The position numbers and the translations under genes are program-made. Below, one piece after another: positions 12,201-21,033 of a DNA stretch of 64,000 nt. The notes beneath the pieces were generated by a model. The model saw only the letters and a program-made list of their open reading frames with translations. It ran no database searches and was not told the DNA's origin. This DNA is from Heteronotia binoei (lineage: Eukaryota), in NCBI RefSeq assembly GCF_032191835.1, contig NC_083236.1:44764001-44828000 (forward strand), in the 5' to 3' direction. Numbering within the stretch: the first letter of the stretch is position 1; every line of letters begins with the position of its first letter.

Positions 12201-13657
12201 GCATGCAGTCAATTCTACCAGAATGCATCGTGGAAGAACTGCTAGCGAAAATAGGCTACGTTGCAACAACAGCAACGGAATTTTCCCTCATCAGGAAGCT
12301 GAAAGAGGAAGAAGCTGAACAGGCTGCCTTTGAAATATTTCTTGCAAGAATCGAATGCGAAGACCTCTTGGAAATCACAAAAGAAGTACGGGACAGTGAC
12401 TTGGAGGATGTCTTGCAGAAAAGAGCCCAAAAGCACTGGCGCCCAGAAGGAGAGGTAGACAGAACGTATCAACCCTCCCATGGAAATGGGTACATGTTGA
12501 ACAAAGGAAGAAATAAGAGACCAAGATACTTTGGTACTCCACAGATATGCTTGACAAATGACCAGCTGCCTTTTGAGAAAGCTGAAAATACTGGGCTTGG
12601 AGGGGACCTTAGTCTCACAATGACCACAGTCAATCCTCAACAGGTTCTTTCCGAATTCAGCAATGAGCAAAACTCAAACCAAAGCCAAGGAGATGGCACG
12701 ACACCATCTTGTGTCAAAAGCTCAGACAGTGAGGACTTCCTAATCAAATATAGTGACATTGTGATTGGGCAGAAGCCTCTCCACCTGACCAATCTCCCCC
12801 TGAAAGCATCAGAGGATAAGAGCTGGGCTACCAAATGCAGGAGGACCATGCTGGGACCACCACCCAACACATCACGCTCGCAAACGGCTCTGTCACCCAA
12901 TGCCAGTGGCCCACAGGCCTTAGCCATTCTGAATGACCCTGCTTTAGAAGGCAGGGAAGTCTCTTGTGACTACGGGACCCAAGAATCCTCCCAAGAGGCA
13001 ATTGAAGCGAATATCAGAGATGCCATGAATTGCCTGTCCATCTGCGGATCGTGTCCGGTGGACCAGCCCAAAGAACTGAAAGGAGAGAATGTTGTACCGC
13101 GCAGCAACAAATTACACATTGTGATGAGTTTATCTCGAGGAGAGGATCCTTATGCCTCTAATCAACGAAAAGTCAAGGAAGACAGTGAAGGTGAACTCAT
13201 TTATCCGATAGAAGAAACCACACAAGCAGAATCCATGAGATATGACACACCTCAGGAATTCAGTCCCTCTAGGGTGAAACATACAGCTGTACCTAGAGGA
13301 GATAAAGAGGATGTCAGCATCGATCTCTATTCATCAGATCAGTTTCCTAGCACCACCCAGAATGTTTATCCCACCACTCATTCGAAGTTTGATGGACATT
13401 TAGTGGGCACTTCAAGTCCACATCAAGCCCTTGAGTGCTACAGATATACAAGAGAGCCGCCTGGTTCAACCTGTGCCATCCTTCCAAGTAGTAATGAGTT
13501 TCAGTTTCCTAGAAGCATTCCAGATCTGCAGGGCAGGGGTGACCTTGAAGGACATTCTCTGCAGTCTTCTTTCACAGACGAGGTCAGCCTCCCGACCTGC
13601 ATTGTAAAAATGAATGAAACCACCCCAGAAGGCTATGTGGTCATAAGCAAAGAGTAA
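8867..13657 (+). CDS. SPATA2-family PUB-domain protein (probable third paralog), join(8867..9193,12176..13657), 602 aa
   Basis: Exon 1 ...LIRAFEFLELLCVNLFLSPWRKEIRSLK joins in phase 0 to TFTGNFVYCMQSILPECIVEELLAKIGY. This matches the SPATA2/SPATA2L PUB signature (SPATA2 recalled as [34 protein letters not shown]). Canonical AAG|gtaagg donor and pyrimidine-rich cccag|ACT acceptor; 1.48-kb stop-free exon 2; CpG island over exon 1. Confidence 0.88.
9468..9617. mobile_element. Short hAT-type MITE (CAGGGCCGGCCCT TIR); sister copy inverted at 29836-30006
   Basis: The two copies align in opposite orientation and have palindromic ends. Confidence 0.7.
10652..10852. mobile_element. Penelope-like element remnant, inverted pseudo-LTR pair
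   Basis: gagtcc..gcaccttta.gaccaac and its reverse complement face each other around gtgtgcatgcacac palindromes. Related pieces at ~3966-4101, 7565-7651, 27895-28000 and 45964-46047. Confidence 0.65.
11275..11554 (+). mobile_element. Squam3-like SINE in intron 1 of the SPATA2-family gene
   Basis: Same consensus. Confidence 0.75.
12176..13657 (+). CDS. SPATA2-family gene coding exon 2 (493 aa + TAA)
   Basis: Acceptor ctccccttctcccag ends at 12175; open to TAA 13655-13657. Confidence 0.9.
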   Translation, partial: TFTGNFVYCMQSILPECIVEELLAKIGYVATTATEFSLIRKLKEEEAEQAAFEIFLARIECEDLLEITKEVRDSDLEDVLQKRAQKHWRPEGEVDRTYQPSHGNGYMLNKGRNKRPRYFGTPQICLTNDQLPFEKAENTGLGGDLSLTMTTVNPQQVLSEFSNEQNSNQSQGDGTTPSCVKSSDSEDFLIKYSDIVIGQKPLHLTNLPLKASEDKSWATKCRRTMLGPPPNTSRSQTALSPNASGPQALAILNDPALEGREVSCDYGTQESSQEAIEANIRDAMNCLSICGSCPVDQPKELKGENVVPRSNKLHIVMSLSRGEDPYASNQRKVKEDSEGELIYPIEETTQAESMRYDTPQEFSPSRVKHTAVPRGDKEDVSIDLYSSDQFPSTTQNVYPTTHSKFDGHLVGTSSPHQALECYRYTREPPGSTCAILPSSNEFQFPRSIPDLQGRGDLEGHSLQSSFTDEVSLPTCIVKMNETTPEGYVVISKE

Positions 13658-14224
13658 TAACAAACAGGAGGAGGTTACACAGATATGAAAAAAAAAAAAT
13701 ACTATGCAAGTATCATAACCCAAAATAACTACATCAATAGGATGTTTTCAAAAGTTTCACAGAATTCATACAAAATCATACAAAACATGAATCATAAAGT
13801 CCCAAAATATTGAGAAAATTGAGAAGTCATTGCTCCTTATAATAACTTGTGGGAACTTTATCAGCTGGAAATCCTACATGGAGATTTTCGATTTGGAAAT
13901 TCTAATATTTGGACACTTCTGTAATTAGTGTTTGTCTTCCTTCTTGATGTTCTAAAAGACTTGTGGATATTTTGGGACTCCACATTGTAGTATCTGTGAC
14001 TCATGTTTTGTGTGGTTTTTTTTTGCTGAAACTTTCAAAATCATTCTAATGACATAGCTATTTGGGGTTACGATATTTGCATAGTATTTTTTCATCGTAA
14101 TAAGCAAAAGGCAAGCAGTAGATTGAATACGTCTCTTGATTTAAGTCCTTCGGAACCTCCCATAGCCAAACACCAGGCAGGCTTTCTAGAAGTGAGTATG
14201 ATGGAGATGTGCCAAACTTGCACC

Positions 14225-14406
14225 CAGGGCTTTTTTTGTAGCAGGAACTCCTTTGCATATTAGGCCACACACCCCTGATGTAGCCAATCCTCCAAGAGCT
14301 TACAATAGACCCTGTAACAAGAGCCCTGTAAGCTCTTGAAGGTTTGGCTACATAAGAGGGGGTGTGGTCTAATATGCAAAACAGTTCCGGATACAAAAAA
14401 GCCCTG
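14225..14406. mobile_element. Palindromic hAT-type MITE
   Basis: Same TIRs; TSD (C/G)TTGCACC. Confidence 0.85.
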
Positions 14407-15294
14407 GTTGCACCCAGCTGTTGTTTCCTTCTCCAACCATTTGTCCCAAGCGCAGTGGCAATTAGAAAAAGGGGAGCAGTAGCTACTCATTCAACCTCTG
14501 ATCTCCCATCCGCTCTGCAGTCTCTTTTGCTTGCATCCTATAGGCAGTGCCATATTTGTTCCAAGATGGGATGCCAAACAGAAGAGACAGCAGTGGAAAA
14601 GGTTCAGAAGACTACAAAAACTGGACCGAATGGGAATGCCCACATCTCTTTCAATTTGGGGCCCTGCACAATAGCAGAGAACCAACAGTATATCTCACAG
14701 AAGGGGAGATCTGAACTGATGGTATGTGAATAAAAAGCACCTTGCTCTACCTTGCTTCTTTAGGATTTTTTTTTCTACGATCCTAGCCTAAGCTAAGCAA
14801 AGATTATTTTCATCTTTCAGATCTGAGGTTATAGAAAGGATGTCAGTTTGGTGTAGCTTGCTTTTTTTGGTCGTCACTTCACACAAACATACTGAATCAC
14901 TGTTTCTGTATGCATTAAACGCTCCAGGGAAAAATGTGACTTGTATGGCATGGGATGGAATTGCATAGTTGCAGGACCCTCTACTGTCTTTAGGTTTATT
15001 GCATTCTTTAAATATTATTAGTATGTTGATTCCAAGCAGTGACATAAAAATCTCTTCCATTCTGAGCCTCTGATGGATAGTTACTATATTTTTTCTACAT
15101 ACCCTATGTGAGAATTATAGAAAGGAAATTTTGTATAAAGAAATAATCAGAAACTGGTCTGTATCTAACCAAATGGTTAATGTAGCATAAGGGTACTTGA
15201 GTGGGTCTTTTCATTGAGCCTCACAGAATTTGTTTTCCCTGGGGGCAGCAGTGGACAGAGGAATTGGTGGAACTCTCTACCCATTCACTGTACA

Positions 15295-15522
15295 ACCAGT
15301 TTGGTGTAATGGTTAAGAGCAGCAGACTCTAATCTGGAGAACCGGGTTCAATTTCCCCACTCCTCCACATGAAGCCAGCTGGGTGACCTTGGGTCAGTCA
15401 CAGCTCTCTCAGCCCCACCTACCTCACAGGGTGTGGAGAGGAAGGGAAGGAGATTGTAAGCTGCTGCAAGACTCCTTTGAGTAGTGAAGTGCGGCATATA
15501 AAGCCAGACCTCCTCCTCCTCC
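15295..15522 (+). mobile_element. Squam3-like SINE
   Basis: Same consensus, shorter variant. Confidence 0.7.
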
Positions 15523-15975
15523 AAGAAAACCTGAATCTTTCTGAGGTTGGATACAAATAACATTCTCAAAAACTCATCAACTACGGACATACTCATCTTG
15601 AGGGGTTTTTTATACACCACTTGTATCACAGCACATCTACAGTCCATTTTTACTGGTTCTTCCCCCCATTGCAAAGTTAACCAAAATGGCTTTGCACAGT
15701 GATTCCCCTGCAGAGTCCTATTAAAATCTGTTAAGAGTCTGCAGGTTCAAAGCTTTCAGTCCCTTCCCTCCGGCTCCCAAGCAAATGGAATGAAACTTCA
15801 ATTAGAACATGGCTCTTTTTTATAAGCTTGACAGGTCTCCAGCTTTTGTGTAAAGTGCAAGTGAGAACCCTTGTGGGAAAAATCAATTTCTGAAATATTT
15901 CTATATCAATTTGCGGAGGGGGGGGGGGAGAAAGTTTTCCAGAATAAAGTTTGCAAAAGGAACAAGACTTTCTTG

Positions 15976-16367
15976 CATTTATGCTAAGTGGATTAGGTTG
16001 CCAAGCATTCTCTCCCCCACCCAACATTTTAAAGACAACGTGTGGTGATAGAATGGAACATCAGCAAGCAGCGATGGGTTTGAGGAATCAAAAATATCAC
16101 TATTCGAGGCTGGAAGTTGCTGGGGCCTAACAGATGCACCACTTACTGAAGGAAGATGGCAAGAGGCATGCCATTTATGCTAAGTGGATTAGGTTGCCAA
16201 GCATTTTCTCCCCCACCCAACATTTTAAAGACAACGCGTGGTGATAGAATGGAACATCAGCAAGCAGCGATGGGTTTGAGGAATCAAAAATATCACTATT
16301 CGAGGCTGGAAGTTGCTGGGGCCTAACAGATGCACCACTTAAAGAAGGAAGATGGCAAGAGGCATGC
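15976..16367 (+). repeat. Tandem duplication, 2 x 196 bp
   Basis: Copies 15976-16171 and 16172-16367; 4 mismatches by manual comparison. Confidence 0.95.
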
Positions 16368-16426
16368 ATGTTTCAGGTAGCTGCTGAACAGGATGGAGGG
16401 AGGACTTTTACAGGATTGGGTAGTGC

Positions 16427-16764
16427 CAGGGCTGTTTTTCTGCTGGAGCCCCCAGAAGCAGAGCTCCGCCTGGGCCGGCCAGGGCTACAATTGGCCTGAC
16501 CTGCCATGCAGCAGCCACATGCTCCCAGGCCAGGCAGTGTGGCCTGATATGCAGGGGTGGTCTTGTAGGAAAAAAAGGAGGTCAGTAGCATATCTCACTT
16601 GCATATGCCCCAGGATCTGTGTGCAGTGGGGAGAAAACTCCCCATTGCATACAGACCCTGGCTGGAGGGTCAGGAGCTGTTCTCCTGCAAGCTCCTGCTG
16701 AACTGAAGCCCTGCTGATATGCAAATAAACTCCTGCTGGGCTTTTTCTACAAAAAAAAGCACTG
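16427..16764. mobile_element. Longer relative of the CAGGGC-TIR MITE (another at ~6985-7166)
   Basis: CAGGGCTG...AAAGCACTG ends; degraded TSD GGTAGTGC/GGTAACAC. Confidence 0.65.
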
Positions 16765-16782
16765 GGTAACACACAATACACA

Positions 16783-17081
16783 GGGCCCCATGGCACAGAT
16801 TGGTAAAGCTGCAGTACTGCCGTCCTAAGCTCTGCTCACAATCGGAGTTCAATTCCGGCAGAAGTTGGGTTCAGGTAGCCAGCTCGAGGTTGACTCAGCT
16901 TTCCATCCTTCCAAGGTCAGTAAAATGAGTACCCAGCTTGCTGGGAGGGAAAGTGTAGATGACTGGGGAAGGCAATGGCAAACCACCCTATAAAAAAAAC
17001 TGCCGTTAAAATGTTGTGATGCAACGTCACCCTAGAGTCGGAAGCGACTGGTGCTTGCACAGGGGACTACCTTTACCCTTT
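16783..17081 (+). mobile_element. Sauria-type SINE, full length
   Basis: tRNA-like head (gtggcgcagagtggtaaagctgcagtactgcag-like) and (ACCTTT)-type tail shared with Bov-B. Confidence 0.85.
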
Positions 17082-17224
17082 AATACAAAAAACTGAAGCT
17101 AAATTGTTGACAACTGATAAGATCACAATATGACTAAACTCTACAACACAACTAAACTTGACTGCTTAACATTACACCCACTTCAGTGCATTTGCATTTA
17201 ATGGTCTTTTCACCTGTGCATCTC

Positions 17225-17391
17225 TGTCGTGCAAATTCTAATGAAGGGGATGCTTGGGAGAAGTATTTATTTACTTTCTTGTTTAATACATCCTGTAAGT
17301 ATAATAACCTTTGATAAATATAAATTTTTATAACCCCTATAGCAATCCCTTCTGTATCTCTTTTGTGTTACTATTTTGTTCATAAAATTAT

Positions 17392-17426
<35 letters not shown>

Positions 17427-17676
17427 TATATATATAATTCATTTGGTTCAATGCCACTTTTGATATACATCTCTTATCAGCTCCCCCTCCCCTGCATCCA
17501 TACTCACTCTCCCTTGTTACTTGAGAACATTAGGCATGAATGGTCCAAAGGAGCCGCAGCTGATGATATAAGGGTTATAAAAATTTATATTTATCAAAGG
17601 TTATTATACTTACAGGATGTATTAAAGTAAATAAATACTTCTCCCCATTATCCCCTTCATTAGAATTTGCATGACA
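17225..17676. repeat. ~115-bp AT-rich inverted repeat around a (TA)n(CA)n microsatellite
   Basis: Arm 17225-17341 is the reverse complement of arm 17567-17676, with one small indel. Confidence 0.9.
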
Positions 17677-18283
17677 TTTATTACATATTTAATCATTCCG
17701 ACATACTAGCCAGAACTTTTAATATACTAACATCTGAAGGAAAAATCTATTCTCTATCTCACAATAAGAAATAATATTCTGTCCAAAATCCACCTCCTTG
17801 CACATTTATATTCAAAACTTCTTTTTCTGCATTATACATTTGTATACTTACATTTATAGAGCATGTTTAAACTGTTTATCATTCTAAGTTTATCTCCTGC
17901 TTTTGTAAAAGACACTCCATTTCTCCTCAAATTTTGAGATAGCTCTGTTCCTCAAATAAGTTAATTTTACCATTATTGTATAATCAGCAAGTTTGTTTTC
18001 ACATTCTTCTAAGCTTGGGCAGAGGTCTGTTTCTCATTTTGCTGCATAAATAATTCTAGCTGCTGTCTCCATATATTTAAATATCTCCCATTTTTGGACA
18101 ATATTCCTAGTAGGAAATTTTTATTTTAATATATTCTGGATTTTTACATGTATTTCCAGCCAATATCTTTTTTGCAAGTCCACCACATATGGTAAAAACT
18201 TCCATCTATGTCTTGACATTTCAGTATTTTTCCTTGTGAATTTTTGTCCACTTTCTCAATATCCTTTGGAGAGAGAGAGAGAT

Positions 18284-19914
18284 GGTAAAGGTACTGCCCT
18301 GTGCAAGCACCATAAGAACATAAGAACATAAGAGAAGCCATGTTGGATCAGGCCAACGGCCCATCAAGTCCAACACTCTGTGTCACACAGTGGCAAAAAA
18401 TGTTATATACACACATACACTGTGGCTAATAGCCACTGATGGACCTCTGCTCCATATTTTTATCTAAACCCCTCTTGAAGGTGGCTATACTTGTGGCCGC
18501 CACCACCTCCTGTGGCAGTGAATTCCACATGTTAATCACCCTTTGGGTGAAGAAGTACTTCCTTTTATCCGTTTTAACCTGTCTGCTCAGCAATTTCATC
18601 GAATGCCCACGAGTTCTTGTATTGTGAGAAAGGGAGAAAAGTACTTCTTTCTCTACTTTCTCCATTCCATGCATTATCTTGTAAACCTCTATCATGTCAC
18701 CCCGCAGTCGACATTTCTCCAAGCTAAAGAGTCCCAAGCGTTTCAACCTTTCTTCATAGGGAAAGTGCTCCAGCCCTTTAATCATTCTAGTTGCCCTTCT
18801 CTGCACCTTCTCTAAAGCTATAATATCCTTTTTGAGGTGCGGCGACCAGAACTGCACACAGTACTCCAAATGAGACCGCACCATCGATTTATACAGGGGC
18901 ATTATGATACTGGCTGATTTGTTTTCAATTCCCTTCCTAATAATTCCCAGCATGGCATTGGCCTTTTTTATCGCAAACGCACACTATCTTGACACTTTCA
19001 GTGAGTTATCTATCATGACCCCAAGATCTCTCTCTTGATCAGTCTCTGCCAGTTCACACCCCATCAACTTGTATTTGTAGCTGGGATTCTTAGCCCCAAT
19101 GTGCATTACTTTGCACTTGGCCACATTGAACCGCATCTGCCATGTTGACGCCCACTCACCCAGCCTCAACAGATCCCTTTGGAGTTCCTCACAATCCTCT
19201 CTGGTTCTCACCACCCTGAACAATTTAGTGTCATCCGCAAACTTGGCCACTTCACTGCTCACTCCCAACTCTAAATCATTTATGAACAAGTTAAAGAGCA
19301 TGGGACCCAGTACCGAGCCCTGTGGCACCCCACTGCTTACCGTCCTCCACTGTGAAGACTGCCCATTTATACTCACTCTCTGCTTCCTATTACTCAGCCA
19401 GTTTTTGATCCACAAGAGGACCTGTCCTTTTACTCCATGATTCTCAAGCTTTCTAAGGAGCCTTTGATGAGGAACTTTATCAAAAGCTTTCTGGAAGTCA
19501 AGGTAAACAACATCTATCGGGTCTCCTTTGTCCACATGTTTGTTCACCCCCTCAAAGAAATGCAACAGGTTAGTGAGGCAAGATCTTCCCTTGCAGAACC
19601 CATGCTGAGTCTTCCTCAATAACCCGTGTTCCTGAGTCTTCCTCAATAACCAGTTGTTTCCAACTCCGGGGTGATGTCGCATCTCGACGTTTTCACGGCA
19701 CTTTTTACAGGATGGTTTGCCATTGCCTTCCCCAGTCATCTATACTTTCCCCCCATCAAGCTGGGCACTCATTTTACCAACCTCGGAAAGATAGAAGGCT
19801 GAGTCAACCTTGATCCGACTACCTGAACCCAGCTTCCGCTGAGATTGAACTCAGGTTGTGAGCAGAGCTTAAGACTGCAGTACTGCAGCTTTACCACTCT
19901 GCACCATGGGGCTC
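18284..19914 (-). mobile_element. Sauria-type SINE split by the CR1 insertion (pieces 18284-18312 and ~19649-19914)
   Basis: The two pieces rejoin to the consensus gcaagcacca|gtcgtttcc. Confidence 0.85.
18313..19651 (-). mobile_element. Young 5'-truncated CR1 LINE, same subfamily as 359-1485
   Basis: LDFQKAFDKVPH and FADDTKL motifs; near-identical to the first copy; premature TAG near 18984; same tail. Confidence 0.95.
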
Positions 19915-20735
19915 CTTTGAAGTGATATACCATTTGAAAAACGTTTTATAGCAATTTTCTTTTTCTCTGGCTGTTGTTATGCCTGGACTTCTCCCTCAGG
20001 ACTAGCCTAGCACCTTGAAAAAGATGATGGCAGACAACTTTCTTTCTTAGCATAGAATCACTCTTCCCTGGTCAGCAAATAGGATAAAAATAGGTCCTAC
20101 AGTCACTTGGAATGCATGCTATCAAACATTAACCAGAGGTTTGTCTGGGAAAACTGATCCTAAAAGTGCATTGTGGAGGGGTCTGGTTTCTGGCAGCTCC
20201 CTTCCCTCTTTAAATCCATCAGTGTCAAAGACTTGACTTCTCAGAAAAGGCAGAAAACTAAGCAATTCTTACCTGACCTTTCCTGGTTACTCTAAATAAA
20301 TACCTAGTAAAAACCATTTTAACCTCATAATCCTTTGTATAGAATTGTCTTGTTCCATCTCTTGGAGGTCACCAAACACAACAGATGATTTTCCATTTTC
20401 ACATGTTACATTGCACTTGTTGGGGAAATTATGAAGCTTCCATGCTCAGGCCCATCATTTGACAATAGCCATCACCACATTGTTCTAGGAACAAGCATAT
20501 CATAGCACAAAGGAGTGTCTCCATCTGTGTCTATGTGTTTGGATGTCCACTAACTTATACCCCCAAAGTAAAATTGATTACCCCCCCCCCTTCCTTGAAT
20601 GAGACATTAGTTCGCCTCACTCATCTTCTCAGATTTCTGTTCTTTGGATAGGTAAATATTGTCCCATAGTATGTTCCTTCTTTGTCTCTATATAGCTACT
20701 CCCTTTTGTTTTCTGAACTTGTATGTGTGTTTATA

Positions 20736-21033
20736 GTAAAAAGGTAAAAGTAGTTCCCTGTGCAAGCATCAGTCGTTTCCGACTCCGGGGTGACACTGCT
20801 TTCACGTTTCCACGGCAGACTTTTTACGGGGTGGTTTGCCATTGCCTTCCGCAGTCATCTACACTTCCCTCCCAGCAAACTGGGTACTCATTTTACCAAC
20901 CTCAGAAGGATGGAAGGCTGAGTCATCCTCGAGCCAGCTACCTGAACCCAGCTTCTGCCAGGATCGAACTCAGGTCGTGAGAACGGCTTAGAACTGCAGT
21001 ACTGCAGCTTTACCACTCTGTGCCACGGGGCTC
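20736..21033 (-). mobile_element. Sauria-type SINE, full length
   Basis: Reverse complement of the same consensus. Confidence 0.85.

Noticed and set aside
14729-14734. AATAAA as the poly(A) signal of the SPATA2-family gene
   Set aside because: Plausible, but the hexamer is common in this AT-rich DNA and cannot be assigned without 3'-end data.
16783-16860. tRNA genes at SINE heads
   Set aside because: No complete cloverleaf, and each continues into a SINE body.
18984-19739. 251-aa ORF as a host gene
   Set aside because: It is CR1 RT; its N-terminus reads out of the flanking Sauria SINE and the junction duplication.
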